Below are positions 18,926 to 29,208 of a stretch of 64,000 nucleotides of DNA, in pieces. Position numbers and translations under genes: made by a program. The first letter of the stretch is position 1; every line of letters starts with the position of its first letter. This DNA comes from Acidobacteriota bacterium (lineage in GTDB: Bacteria > Acidobacteriota > UBA890 > WLXD01): positions 192,001 to 256,000 of the forward strand of contig CBDBHB010000006.1 of NCBI GenBank assembly GCA_965205505.1, written 5' to 3'. A model generated the notes under the pieces. The model did no database searches. It saw only the letters and a program-made list of their open reading frames with translations, and had not been told where the DNA came from.

Positions 18926-20005
18926 ATGAAGCCCGCAGCGATTCACCAGCTCTCGGTCTCCGCAACGTACGGTGATGCGATCGGCAACGAGGCTCTGCAG
19001 ATCCGCGATGCTCTTCGCGCGGCTGGACATGAGTCAGAGATATTTGTGGAGATCGTCGGTCCCCGCATGAACTTCGACGTACGACCGTACCGCGAGTATC
19101 GCGAGGTCGCGGCAGCAGACAACGTTGTATTGCTGCACTACTCGATGGGGTCCGCGGTCTCGCGGATGGCACGAGAGATCTCCGACCACCTTGTGCTCAT
19201 CTACCACAACATCACCCCGGCTGAATGGTTCGTGCCCTATCACTTGGGTATCGCGCACGCCTGCGCCGCCGGGCGTCTTCAGCTGGCCGCCTTACGCGAG
19301 CGAACGGCGCTGGCGCTGGGAGACTCCGAGTACAACCGCCGGGAGCTCGAGGAGCTGGGTTTCGATCCCACCGGCGTCTTGCCATTGTTGCTCGACCTCG
19401 ACAGCCTCGACGCGCATGCAGATCGCATGGTGCTCGAGCGGCACGAAGAAGATCGCACGACCTGGCTGTTCGTTGGACGCATCGTCCCCAACAAGCGCTT
19501 CGAAGACCTCATCCGCGCGTTCGTCTACTACCGACGCTACATCGACCACCGCGCTCAGCTGATCATGGTTGGCGATTACGGGCCGTTCGGCTACTACTAC
19601 TACGCGTTGCAGAGGTTCATGGAAGAGAATACCGGCAGCGACGTTCAATTCGTAGGCCACGTGCCCGAGGAGGAGCTTCGCGCCTACTACCGGATCGCTG
19701 ACATCTTCGTTTGTCTTTCGGAGCATGAGGGCTTCTGTGCGCCGTTGTTCGAGGCCATGCACTGTGAGATACCCGTGGTTGCATTCTCGGCGGCCGCGAT
19801 TCCCTACTCGACTGGTGGCGGCGTTCTCCTACTAGAGGACAAGGATCCCGCCATCGTGGGCGAGACAGTTGCCTGCATTCTGAGCGACGCCGGCCTGCGC
19901 CGGCGTCTGCTGGCGAGGCAACGACGGGTGCTCGAGCAGGTCGATCCAGCGCGTGTGCTCGAGACCTTGTTCGCACATCTGAACGGGATCGGGATCGAGG
20001 TATGA
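18926..20005 (+). CDS. glycosyltransferase family 4 (close paralog of preceding gene)
   Basis: GDAIGN, YHNITP, VGRIVPNK, SEHEGFCAPLFE. Confidence 0.92.
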   Translation: MKPAAIHQLSVSATYGDAIGNEALQIRDALRAAGHESEIFVEIVGPRMNFDVRPYREYREVAAADNVVLLHYSMGSAVSRMAREISDHLVLIYHNITPAEWFVPYHLGIAHACAAGRLQLAALRERTALALGDSEYNRRELEELGFDPTGVLPLLLDLDSLDAHADRMVLERHEEDRTTWLFVGRIVPNKRFEDLIRAFVYYRRYIDHRAQLIMVGDYGPFGYYYYALQRFMEENTGSDVQFVGHVPEEELRAYYRIADIFVCLSEHEGFCAPLFEAMHCEIPVVAFSAAAIPYSTGGGVLLLEDKDPAIVGETVACILSDAGLRRRLLARQRRVLEQVDPARVLETLFAHLNGIGIEV

Positions 20006-21129
20006 CTGCCAGGCGCATCCGTGTTGATCAGCTGCTACCGGCGGCGCACGTGCGCGACGCCACCGGCGACTCCGCGCTGCATCTCGCAGCGGGCCTTGAG
20101 CGTGCCGGGTTCGAGGCCGGAATCTATGCGCTGACCATCGACCGCGAGCTGGCCGGACGCGTGAAGCCACTGCGCGCGTTCGAGCCACCCGGAAGCACCG
20201 ACGTGACGATCCTCCACTATGCGCTGGCCTCGCCGCTCGACAACACCTTGCTGAATTGCGCCGGCAAGCGGGTGATCGTCTACCACAACCTCACACCGCC
20301 GGAGATGCTGCTTCCCCTGTGTCCGGAGGTTGCGCGCCTCACCAAGATAGGTCGCGATCAACTTGTCGAGCTAGCGCGGTCGGAAGGCGTCGACCTGGCG
20401 ATCGGCGTGTCCGAGTACAACACCGAGGACCTCCGCAGAGTGGGCTTCTCGAGGACGACGACGTTGCCCCTGCCGATCGACCTCCAACGCTATGACGTGG
20501 CGTCGAAGCCGGTCTTCGCCGAGCAGCTCGCCTGGCCCGGTGAGGTCTTCATGACCGTTGGGCGACTGTCGCCCAACAAGCGCCTCGAAGACTTCCTGCG
20601 AATCGCCGCCTACTACAACCACTACGTGCATCACTCGTCGCATTTCTACATCGTCGGCGGCGGGAAGGGCATGGAGGCCTATACGACGGCGCTGATGAAT
20701 CTGTTCTACGAGCTTGATCTGACCAACCGCGTCGTGTTTCTCGGGCGCGTGTCCCATCGGGATCTCGTAACACTGTACCGCGCCGCCGACGCCTACCTTT
20801 GCACGAGTGTCCACGAGGGCTTCTGCGCGCCATTGATCGAGGCCATGCACTTCGGCGTCCCGATTCTGGCGCGCCACGCAGCAGCGATACCGGAGACCCT
20901 CGGGGACGCTGGGGTGACCTACAGCGATGATGACCCGGCGCGGGTCGCCGAGGCACTGTGGATCTTGTGTCATGACCAGCCGATGCGAGCGCGCCTCCGG
21001 AACAACGCGCGCCGAAGGATCGCGCATTTCGCGCCCGGTACCGTGATCCCACGATGGATCTCCGCGCTTGCCGAGCTCGCCGGCGTACCGACCGACGCCG
21101 TCCCCGATGCCTCGGTGGGATCGTCGTGA
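20002..21129 (+). CDS. glycosyltransferase family 4
   Basis: YHNLTP, VGRLSPNK, SVHEGFCAPLIE. Confidence 0.92.
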   Translation: MTARRIRVDQLLPAAHVRDATGDSALHLAAGLERAGFEAGIYALTIDRELAGRVKPLRAFEPPGSTDVTILHYALASPLDNTLLNCAGKRVIVYHNLTPPEMLLPLCPEVARLTKIGRDQLVELARSEGVDLAIGVSEYNTEDLRRVGFSRTTTLPLPIDLQRYDVASKPVFAEQLAWPGEVFMTVGRLSPNKRLEDFLRIAAYYNHYVHHSSHFYIVGGGKGMEAYTTALMNLFYELDLTNRVVFLGRVSHRDLVTLYRAADAYLCTSVHEGFCAPLIEAMHFGVPILARHAAAIPETLGDAGVTYSDDDPARVAEALWILCHDQPMRARLRNNARRRIAHFAPGTVIPRWISALAELAGVPTDAVPDASVGSS

Positions 21130-22298
21130 AGCTGACCATGGTCGTGCAACGTTACGGCGTCGATGTGGTCGGCGGCGCCGAGCGCCTCTGTCGCGGGGTG
21201 GCAGAGGGGCTCGCGGAGCTGCACGACGTTCAGGTACTCACATCGTGCGCAATTTCCTACCGCACCTGGGCCAACCACTATCCAGCCGGCAGGGAGATGC
21301 TCAACGGCGTGCGGTTGCACCGCTTCCGCACCGAGCGCGAGCGCCAGATGCCGCACTTCAACAACCTGTCAGACAAGCTCTTCTCCGGCCCGTCCACCCC
21401 AGCCGACGAGATCGCATGGATCGACGCACAGGGACCGTTCGCGCCGACGCTCGTCGACTACCTACACGCCGGCAACGGCGACGCCGATGTCCTGCTGTTT
21501 TTCACCTACCTCTACTATCCGACCGTGCATGGCATCCACGTTGCCCCTGAGCGCAGCGTTCTCGTGCCCACCGCCCACGACGAGGCGCCCTTCTACCTCG
21601 ACACCTATGAGGCGGTGTTCAGGCTCCCGGCGGGGTTGGTATTCAACACCGAGGCCGAGGCCGAGCTGGTCAGACGACGCTTCCCAGATGCTCGGCAGCC
21701 GTCACGCGTTATCGGCGTCGGGGTCGAGGATCTGGATTTGCTCGAGGCTGCCGGCGCGGCTGTTGAGCCATCGCCGGGCGCGGCGACGTTGCTGTATGCC
21801 GGACGAATCGAAGAGGGCAAGGGGGTAGGTGAGCTCATCGCGTACGTGCGTCGCTACCGCTGCGATACCGGGCAGTCACCGACGTTGTGGCTGATGGGTG
21901 AAGTGGCTATGGAGTTGCCGGAAGAGTCGTGGATCAAGGCTCTTGGCTTCGTATCGCACGAGGAGAAACGTCGCCGGCTCGCTGAGGCGACGGTGCTGGT
22001 AGCCCCGTCAGCACTCGAAAGTTTCGGCATCGTGCTGCTGGAGGCGAACGCGGCCGGCACCCCGGTGCTGGCAAATGCGGCCAGCGGTGCCTACGTCGAA
22101 CATTGCCAGCGGGGTGGCGGTGGCCTTTGGTACCAGAACTTTGGAGAATTTCGCGAAGCTCTCGATCTGTTGCTGCGAGATACGGCGCTGGCCTCGTCGT
22201 TGGCGCGGCACGGGGGACAATACGCCCGCGACCGCTACTCCTGGAAAGCAATCGCGGCGAAGTACGAACGCTTCTTGACGGAGCTGCTGGGCCGTTGA
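21126..22298 (+). CDS. glycosyltransferase family 4 (paralog of 16569 gene)
   Basis: VVQRYG..GGAE, PTAHDE, ESFGIVLLEA; GTGA overlap start. Confidence 0.92.
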   Translation: MKLTMVVQRYGVDVVGGAERLCRGVAEGLAELHDVQVLTSCAISYRTWANHYPAGREMLNGVRLHRFRTERERQMPHFNNLSDKLFSGPSTPADEIAWIDAQGPFAPTLVDYLHAGNGDADVLLFFTYLYYPTVHGIHVAPERSVLVPTAHDEAPFYLDTYEAVFRLPAGLVFNTEAEAELVRRRFPDARQPSRVIGVGVEDLDLLEAAGAAVEPSPGAATLLYAGRIEEGKGVGELIAYVRRYRCDTGQSPTLWLMGEVAMELPEESWIKALGFVSHEEKRRRLAEATVLVAPSALESFGIVLLEANAAGTPVLANAASGAYVEHCQRGGGGLWYQNFGEFREALDLLLRDTALASSLARHGGQYARDRYSWKAIAAKYERFLTELLGR

Positions 22299-22308
22299 GC
22301 CTCGTAGA

Positions 22309-22725
22309 TCAGCGGCGCTCCAGCCATCGATCCAGCGTGGCCACGTCGTCGGCGCGTGGTGCCCACAGCAACATGAGCACCATCAGCGCCCGCGGCACCA
22401 CGTGGGTATGGAAAGCGTAGAGCGGCTCCGCCAGCAGGTGGCCGAAGGTCACGACCACGAGCACGCCAGCGAGCGTTAACAGCGCCAGCCGGACCCGGAG
22501 GCCGATGAGCAGCATCGCCCCGGCGACAAGCTCGACGAGGGGAATCGTGACGCCGACGATCCAGAGCGACCAGCTAGGCAGAAACGAATCAGCATACCCG
22601 CTTATGAAGAACTGACGAGCGTGCTCGATGGGCCCGAGGTCAAAGACCTTCCAGACGCCGGCCATGAAGAAGATCAATCCGAGCAGCACCCTGACGAAGA
22701 GCAGCGCCCAGGCACGATCGGGCAT
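22309..22725 (-). CDS. DoxX family membrane protein
   Basis: RVLLGLIFFMAGVWK, ELVAGAMLLIG; 4 TM helices. Confidence 0.85.
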   Translation of the reverse strand: MPDRAWALLFVRVLLGLIFFMAGVWKVFDLGPIEHARQFFISGYADSFLPSWSLWIVGVTIPLVELVAGAMLLIGLRVRLALLTLAGVLVVVTFGHLLAEPLYAFHTHVVPRALMVLMLLWAPRADDVATLDRWLERR

Positions 22726-22831
22726 CACCAATCCGGCAGCTTCCGGCGCTGCCAGTGCACGCCGAGAAATACGGCGCGGTCCCCGTGGGCCGCGCCCCTC
22801 AAAGTGAACGGTGTCGCGCCAGATTCGACCG

Positions 22832-23950
22832 TCAGCTTCCGGCCTGTTGGCGACGAATGCGCTCCTTGACGCGATCGATTGCCTCCGTCGTCTTGGTCTG
22901 TGCCGAGATTGCAACGGAGTCCTCGAGAGCCAAGAGCGCGTCCTCGAAGCTACCTACCTTCTCGTACATGAAGCCGAGATCGTACAGACAGTCGGCGCGG
23001 GTCGTACTGCCACCCTCGAGATACCTGAGGGCACTCGTATAGGAGGAGATCGACTGCGCGTCGTTCCCCGCGGCCCCGTATGCCTGCCCCAAGTTGTAGT
23101 GCGCGTTGCCGTTCGAGCTGCGAGCCTGAACAACCTGAGTCAGCTGTGCGATGGCATCGCTATAGCGGCTCGCTCCGAGATAGGCACGCCCCATCATGTT
23201 GCGAATCTGCATGTTCTGCGGATCGCTCTGCACAGCCTGCTCGAGGTAGCGCACGGCCTGGGACCAATCGGCTTCGTTCAAATAGAGGCGCCCGAGGTTC
23301 GTGATGGCGCTGACGTTACTGCGATCCAGCGTGAGCGTCTTCTCGAACCACGTACGCGCCTGGCCCACATCGCCGGCTTCCATGTGCGCACGGCCGAGCT
23401 TGCTGGCAACGTCGGCGTCGGTGTTACGAGTTGCGGCGGCGTCACTCAGATGCCGGACCGCATTGCGCCAGTCTCCTTTGAAATAGTAGGCCTGCCCAAG
23501 CGTTTTCGCGTGAACGGCTCGCTGGCCTGCGCTTGTGGCGTACTTGCCAGCCTCGTTCTCGGCCGCGATCGCGCGATCGTAGTCACCGGAGTTTCCGCGC
23601 GCGACGTATACCTGCGCCAGGCTGTTGTTGGCTGACCAGCGTTCTGAATCTTCGGAGATCAGCTCGAGCGCCGTCTGCAGCTCGGAAATCGCCTCGTCGC
23701 GCTGACCGCGCTGCCCGAGACAGACGCCGAGGACCATGTGCAGCCAACCCCAGCGGTCATACGCTTCGCCGCCAGCGCGGAGCGCGTTCTGCATGTTGTC
23801 GATGCAGCCTCGGAAGTCGTCGCTCTGGAAAGCCTGCTGTCCGGCCCGCCAAAGCGCATCCGGATCCTGCGCCAGCGCCGGAGACGGCCACGCCAGCGCA
23901 GCCATGATCATCAATATGGGTAGAGCTTGCGAGAATCTTCGAGTGTTCAT
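22832..23950 (-). CDS. exported tetratricopeptide-repeat protein
   Basis: Signal peptide (..PSPALA|QD), multiple TPR units. Confidence 0.88.
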   Translation of the reverse strand: MNTRRFSQALPILMIMAALAWPSPALAQDPDALWRAGQQAFQSDDFRGCIDNMQNALRAGGEAYDRWGWLHMVLGVCLGQRGQRDEAISELQTALELISEDSERWSANNSLAQVYVARGNSGDYDRAIAAENEAGKYATSAGQRAVHAKTLGQAYYFKGDWRNAVRHLSDAAATRNTDADVASKLGRAHMEAGDVGQARTWFEKTLTLDRSNVSAITNLGRLYLNEADWSQAVRYLEQAVQSDPQNMQIRNMMGRAYLGASRYSDAIAQLTQVVQARSSNGNAHYNLGQAYGAAGNDAQSISSYTSALRYLEGGSTTRADCLYDLGFMYEKVGSFEDALLALEDSVAISAQTKTTEAIDRVKERIRRQQAGS

Positions 23951-24042
23951 GGGTCACCTGCTACGGATCGGGCTCCTCGCTACCAGGGTCTCATTGTAGC
24001 GGGGAGCCCGTGTATCTAGCCAGGAATAGCCGCTTGGCGCGG

Positions 24043-24774
24043 CTACTGGAGCTGGAACTGCACCGTAACCGTCAGCAGAATCTCTACCGGACGGCCGTTA
24101 TAGAAGGTTGGTGTGTACTGCCACTCCGACACCGCTTTGACCGCGGACTCATCGAGTCCGAGTCCCAGTCCGCGCAGGATGTTTACATTCGTTACGGCCC
24201 CTTCGCGGTTGATCGTCGCCTCGAGGATGACCACGCCGGCGAGCCGAGCACGACGCGCCAGCTCGGGGTACTCAGGTGCGATGTAGTTGATACGCTCAGG
24301 GGCCTGAATGTCGCCTCCAACGCGCATCGGTCCTTGGTCGATGACCGGCGGACCGCCCACGGGCCCGCCCACCATGAAGTCCGTGTCGACGCGCTCTTCC
24401 TCCATCTCGATGTATTCGACCTCGGCCTCGACGATCGGCTCTGGATCATCGGGGGTCGGGTCGGGGATCGGCACACGCGCGGTCCTCTTCTTGACGATTT
24501 TCTTCTCGGGCTGCTGCTTGGGCGGCTCGGGCGGCTTGTAGCGCTTGATCACCACCGCTTCCCGCGCCTGCTCATTCGCCTCGCTCCCGCCGAACTCCGG
24601 GAAGACCACTACGAACAACAGGAAATGGATCAGGAACGCACCGATCCAAGCAGCCTTCATGGGTTGCGACGAATCCTCCTTGATCGACGCTTCAAGAGCC
24701 ATCGACTGCAGCGGGCTTTCGTCGGATGGTACGGGTGCCTTGGCTCCTTCAGCGGTCTTGCCTTCGTCGACCAT
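24043..24774 (-). CDS. tonB: energy transducer TonB
   Basis: TM helix with His (FLIHFLL), Pro-rich linker, PEYPELARRA..G.V..G.D..A..AV..W.Y.P C-domain. Confidence 0.9.
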   Translation of the reverse strand: MVDEGKTAEGAKAPVPSDESPLQSMALEASIKEDSSQPMKAAWIGAFLIHFLLFVVVFPEFGGSEANEQAREAVVIKRYKPPEPPKQQPEKKIVKKRTARVPIPDPTPDDPEPIVEAEVEYIEMEEERVDTDFMVGGPVGGPPVIDQGPMRVGGDIQAPERINYIAPEYPELARRARLAGVVILEATINREGAVTNVNILRGLGLGLDESAVKAVSEWQYTPTFYNGRPVEILLTVTVQFQLQ

Positions 24775-24788
24775 CGTCTTCCCCCCGC

Positions 24789-25223
24789 TCAGCGAATGTT
24801 GCCCCACGAGGCTTTTTCGGCCGCGGTGGGAATCGAGATGTTCTTGACCTGTGCCTGCTTGAGCTCGTCGAAGGCATGCACCATGCACTTGTACGGAGCC
24901 TCAGGATCCGGATCGATGATGACGAACTTGTTCGGATTCCTGGCCAGCTTGGGCTCGATATAGATCTGGATGTCGCTCAAGCTCATCTGCTCCCGATCGA
25001 CTTCGTAGACGCAGTCGGCGCCGGCTGGGATCACGTGAATGTGGATCGCCTCCTCCTGACTCGAATCAGGAGGCGTGTCCTGGTTCTTCGGCAGCTGAAA
25101 CTCCAGGCCCCGCGTTACCGAGAATACCGACGTGATCATGAAAAACACGATCAGCAAGAAGGCGATATCAGCCATCGAGGCGGTCGGGATTTCGACGTCG
25201 CTTCCCTTTTTCTTGAGCTTCAT
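24789..25223 (-). CDS. exbD: biopolymer transporter ExbD/TolR
   Basis: IPTASMADIAFLLIVFFMIT (conserved Asp). Confidence 0.92.
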   Translation of the reverse strand: MKLKKKGSDVEIPTASMADIAFLLIVFFMITSVFSVTRGLEFQLPKNQDTPPDSSQEEAIHIHVIPAGADCVYEVDREQMSLSDIQIYIEPKLARNPNKFVIIDPDPEAPYKCMVHAFDELKQAQVKNISIPTAAEKASWGNIR

Positions 25224-25235
25224 GACCTCCCCCTT

Positions 25236-25655
25236 TTATTCGACGCCTTCTTGCTGCGTCAGCATGGCGATGTTGCGGACAGATGCCTGCCGTAGCTGCT
25301 CCATCACCTGGTCGACGAACTGATACTGCGCATCGCCGTCGGCCTTGATGATGAACCACATGAGTGAGTTTTTCTCGATCACGAAAGCGGCCGCCGGCAG
25401 CACGTCGCTCATGTTGATCACGTGGCTCTGCTCGGTGCCGTCTGAGAAGTGCACTACGCCATCTCGCTCGACCGCAACCACAGCCGCGTCCTTCGGAACC
25501 TCGACTCTTTCGAGACTCGTCGGAAGGGCCACCGCGGTGCGATCGACCGTAATGCTGGTCGTGATCATGAAGAACACGATGAGCAGGAAAGCGATATCTG
25601 CCATCGATGCAGTCGGAATCAGGGAATCCGGCCGTTTCGACTGTTTTATTCGCAT
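25236..25655 (-). CDS. exbD: biopolymer transporter ExbD/TolR (second copy)
   Basis: Identical IPTASMADIAFLLIVFFMIT segment; IKAD...Y. Confidence 0.92.
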   Translation of the reverse strand: MRIKQSKRPDSLIPTASMADIAFLLIVFFMITTSITVDRTAVALPTSLERVEVPKDAAVVAVERDGVVHFSDGTEQSHVINMSDVLPAAAFVIEKNSLMWFIIKADGDAQYQFVDQVMEQLRQASVRNIAMLTQQEGVE

Positions 25656-25710
25656 AGGGTCACCTTGGCTCCGTCGCGCCTGAGGGGAAGCGCTATGTCC
25701 GAGTCGGAGC

Positions 25711-26346
25711 TTACTCCGAGTCCATCTCGGCGTAGGTCTCGAGCAGGACGTTTGCTGCCGTCTCCATCTCGAGCACGAACTTGCCGACCACACCCGTGAA
25801 GTAGTTGAACGCGATCAGCACGGGCACCGCAACCACGAGACCGCCGGCGGTCGTGATCAACGCCTCGGAAATACCCTTGGCGACCAGACCCGGGTTCGAC
25901 AGACCGGCACGCGCCAACGCGTCGAATGAGTTAATCATACCCGACACCGTACCCAGGAAGCCAACGAGCGGTGCGGTGTTGGCCACGGTGGCCAGCACGC
26001 CGAGACCACGCTCGAGCCGATGCAGCTCGTGGGCCGAGGCCGACTCGATAGTACGCTCGATCTCCTCCTGGGGACGACCGTGCTTGATCAGGCCCGCCTT
26101 CATGATGTTCGCGATGGGGCCCTGATACTCCTCGCATACCGTGATCGCTTCCTTCACGTTGCGTCGCTTTAGGAGTGCGGTACGGATTCTGCCGATGAAT
26201 TCCTGCGTGTTCACGCGGGCCTTCCACATAGCGTAGAAACGCTCGATGACGAACACCAAGCCAACCAGCGAGAACATGAGCAGCACGTGCATGAACGGGC
26301 CGCCCTGGTTGTATAGGCGGAACAGATTTCCCGCAGTGAAACTCAC
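25711..26346 (-). CDS. exbB: MotA/TolQ/ExbB proton channel protein
   Basis: APLVGFLGTVSGMI..F, GISEALITTAGGL; GTG start with GGAGG RBS. Confidence 0.93.
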   Translation of the reverse strand: MSFTAGNLFRLYNQGGPFMHVLLMFSLVGLVFVIERFYAMWKARVNTQEFIGRIRTALLKRRNVKEAITVCEEYQGPIANIMKAGLIKHGRPQEEIERTIESASAHELHRLERGLGVLATVANTAPLVGFLGTVSGMINSFDALARAGLSNPGLVAKGISEALITTAGGLVVAVPVLIAFNYFTGVVGKFVLEMETAANVLLETYAEMDSE

Positions 26347-26485
26347 GTCAGCTTCCTCCCGTTGAGATACTTCAACAGCCCGCGACAAGAGCGCGTGGCG
26401 AGCTAGGCTGTGGCGATTCGCCCCGAGGGCTCGCAGTGCCGCCTCGGCGCCTCCTCCACTGGGTCTACGTAGGTTTGGCCCGATG

Positions 26486-26515
26486 CTTTTAGCACGTAGC
26501 GGAAAACACTGTCAA
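26486..26515 (-). promoter_or_regulatory. putative sigma70 promoter of exbB-exbD-exbD-tonB
   Basis: TTGACA-18 bp-TAAAAG with extended TG. Confidence 0.5.
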
Positions 26516-26650
26516 CAACGAGCCCTCCTGCCAGAGACATCTGGCCAAGCGCAATCTCCGGTTTCTCACCCGATTTCGAGCGGGTCGGCCGTTAGAATCG
26601 ACCCGGCCCTGACTCCGTTGGAGGGCCACAGCCACCGCTCGGGTCAGCCC

Positions 26651-27913
26651 TCATTCGGCAAAGTACCCTGGACGCGACCTGACCTGTCTCGTCTTCTCTG
26701 ACCCGCGCGCCGCGAGGAGAACCTCGACACTCCGCCATTCGCCAGAGCCGCCGGCAGACTGCGGCTCGTAGGTGAGACGGTGCTGCTGGCGCAGGTCATC
26801 GGCGATGGTGTCGTAAACCTTCCGCGGATCGCCCAGAGTGCTCAGGTGCGACACTCGTCCGCCAGTCGCGACAGCCATCTTCTCGAGCACCCAGCGCTCG
26901 AAGAAGTAGCGCGCGCCGACGCCAACGCCGACTGGATAGATGGCGACCTCGGCGCGTTGCGCGGCGCGGATGGCATCGGCAAGCTCGGCGGTGCTGTTGG
27001 CATCGTGCCCATCGGTGAGTATCAGCAGGGCACGCCTCCCCGTGTGTCCATCGAACGCTTGCGACGCCGTGACGATGGAATCGTAGAGGCGCGTGTAGCG
27101 GCCGGCGGTGACCAGATCAAGCGACGCGGACAGTCGATCGACATCGTCGGTGAACTCCTGCAGCACCAACGGCACATCCGCAAACGACATCACGAACGCC
27201 TTGTCGTGCTGCTGCTGCATGAGTCGGTCGACGAACCCGCCGGCCGTCTCGAGGGCGTATCCCAGGCGCTCAATCATGCTGCCGCTACAGTCGATCAGCA
27301 GCCCGATCGAAAGCGGTAGATTGCTGCTATGCTCGACCGCGAGGATCAGCTGGTCGACACCCTCTTCGGTGATCAGAAAATCGCTCGAGTCCAACGGACG
27401 ATCGGGCAGATGCTTCTTGTTCACGTGCACGTACATCTCGACGCGCTCCACCCGGCTGGTGAACCCGCTCGTCCGGTCGACGTCAGGTGGCGCCGCGGTA
27501 TCGACGACATCCTCGACGATCTCTCCCGCCGACCCGTAGGCGCGCGCAACGATGCGATGTGGGACCAACTCCCGCGTCCGCCAAACCAGCTCATACGGTA
27601 CGGTGGCATCGGAGAACAGCAACTTGCCGTCGACCTCGAACTCGACGAACAGCACGGCCTCGGGTCGATCGACATCAACTTCTGCGCGGAGCTCGACCCG
27701 ACCCAGAACTTGCTCGCCGGATGCTGGAGCCGTGAGGCGAACGGCGAAGTCAGGTAGCAGCAAGGAGCGACCATGCGACCCATCCTGGATCGTCGCGCCC
27801 ACCGACACAGCGGCGCGAACAGGGTAAGCGCTCAGCGCCGCCAACGATATGTCCCCGGTGACCGCGAGGACCACGTAGGCCCACGCGAATCTCGATGGAC
27901 CAGCGTATCGCAA
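26651..27913 (-). CDS. Ig-like + VWA domain protein (acidobacterial VWFA type)
   Basis: Ig-like VEFEVDG..PYELVW; MIDAS DCSGS, TRLYDSI, LTDG; C-terminal RPGYF; start uncertain. Confidence 0.85.
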   Translation of the reverse strand: MRYAGPSRFAWAYVVLAVTGDISLAALSAYPVRAAVSVGATIQDGSHGRSLLLPDFAVRLTAPASGEQVLGRVELRAEVDVDRPEAVLFVEFEVDGKLLFSDATVPYELVWRTRELVPHRIVARAYGSAGEIVEDVVDTAAPPDVDRTSGFTSRVERVEMYVHVNKKHLPDRPLDSSDFLITEEGVDQLILAVEHSSNLPLSIGLLIDCSGSMIERLGYALETAGGFVDRLMQQQHDKAFVMSFADVPLVLQEFTDDVDRLSASLDLVTAGRYTRLYDSIVTASQAFDGHTGRRALLILTDGHDANSTAELADAIRAAQRAEVAIYPVGVGVGARYFFERWVLEKMAVATGGRVSHLSTLGDPRKVYDTIADDLRQQHRLTYEPQSAGGSGEWRSVEVLLAARGSEKTRQVRSRPGYFAE

Positions 27914-27975
27914 GATCGAATTCGCCTCCCATCCCTACGAACGACGCCGTGGGCAACGCGGCGCCCGGTAACTGG

Positions 27976-29127
27976 TCAGCGGATGCCGGTCTCTCGCTGG
28001 ACCGCCGCGCTAACGCGCTCGGCGTCCTCGAGGCGACCCAGCGCCCGATAGGCTCGCGCCAGGAGGTAACGCGGCTCCGCGTAGTCGTGCTTGAGTACAA
28101 TAGCGCGCTCGAACGACACGATAGACCCCGCGACGTCGCCTGACTGATACCTCGCCAGGCCCAGGTGATAGTGCACATACGGGTTGTTGCGTTGGACCTT
28201 GATGGCGCGCTCGTACCACTGCGTCGCAAGTTCGAACTCACCACGCCGCAGGTACAGGTTGCCCAGGTTGTGGCTTGCGGCCGCGATCGTATCGTCGGAC
28301 GCGAGCGCAGCCATGTACGCGCCCTCGGCTTGCGGATCGTCGCCGAGTCGGCTCAAGGCAACACCGCGGTTGTTCTCGGCACGTGCGAACCCGGGCATCA
28401 CCTGAACCGACATCTCAAAATCGCGCAGTGCCTGCGCCCAGGGAACCTCGTGGTCGGCTGTTTGGGCGACGCTAATCGTCTCGTAGCCACGGTTGTTGTA
28501 GAAGTGCGCCAGAGCTTCGAGATCGTCGATCACCCGGAAGGTGCGGTGGTTCGAGATCTCGCCGGTAAAATCGACCAGGGACCAGCCGCGATCAGTGTGC
28601 ACCGTGGCGGCGATGTGTCCGGTGTCGACGATCAGCTCGTCTTCCCGCAGCAAGGCATTGACGCGATCGGAGGCGTCAACATAATAGGCTGTGAGGCCGA
28701 CGGCGCGTGCGAGCCCCACGTACAGGGACGTCATCGACAGGCAGTTGCCGTGACCGTTGGCGAAGGTCTCCGGCGCCACCGTCGTGGTCACCCGTTCGTA
28801 GGTCAGGCCGAACTGGGCTCGATTGGTAATCGCCCGTACCAGCGCGTCGGCACGCAGGGAGGCGCTCGTCGTCCCCTCGACGTACTTCCTGGCTCGGGCG
28901 ACCATCTCCGGCGTCGGTTGGAAGGGCACGAGAATGTCATGTATCCGGTCGCTGCCGACGCGCGATGCAACCGCCCCCTTAAGCTCGTGCGGGGCGTAGG
29001 CAAAACGTCTGCTGTTGCCGCAGCCGGCCAGCAACAGCATCGCCACGACCGCGCCAACCGCGAAAGTTGCGCGGCGCACTGAGAGCAGTCGTCCGGCGAC
29101 GCGTAGGGCCATACGCCTGTCGAGCAT
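27976..29127 (-). CDS. lipoprotein with transglutaminase-like domain and TPRs
   Basis: Lipobox LLAGC; GNCLSM / GHI / VDF putative Cys-His-Asp triad; C-terminal TPRs; start reset to about 29127. Confidence 0.8.
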   Translation of the reverse strand: MLDRRMALRVAGRLLSVRRATFAVGAVVAMLLLAGCGNSRRFAYAPHELKGAVASRVGSDRIHDILVPFQPTPEMVARARKYVEGTTSASLRADALVRAITNRAQFGLTYERVTTTVAPETFANGHGNCLSMTSLYVGLARAVGLTAYYVDASDRVNALLREDELIVDTGHIAATVHTDRGWSLVDFTGEISNHRTFRVIDDLEALAHFYNNRGYETISVAQTADHEVPWAQALRDFEMSVQVMPGFARAENNRGVALSRLGDDPQAEGAYMAALASDDTIAAASHNLGNLYLRRGEFELATQWYERAIKVQRNNPYVHYHLGLARYQSGDVAGSIVSFERAIVLKHDYAEPRYLLARAYRALGRLEDAERVSAAVQRETGIR

Positions 29128-29208
29128 CGAAAGACTCTCCGGGGCTGCGCCACCACAGCGGCTTATGAGTAAGAGTACCGTGCCGAGGCCTCTCGGCGCC
29201 ACGGCGAC

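Noticed and set aside
26635-26650. 16-bp match GGGCTGACCCGAGCGG with 36257-36272 (opposite strand)
   Set aside because: Matches of this length are expected by chance in 64 kb of GC-rich sequence; no shared context.
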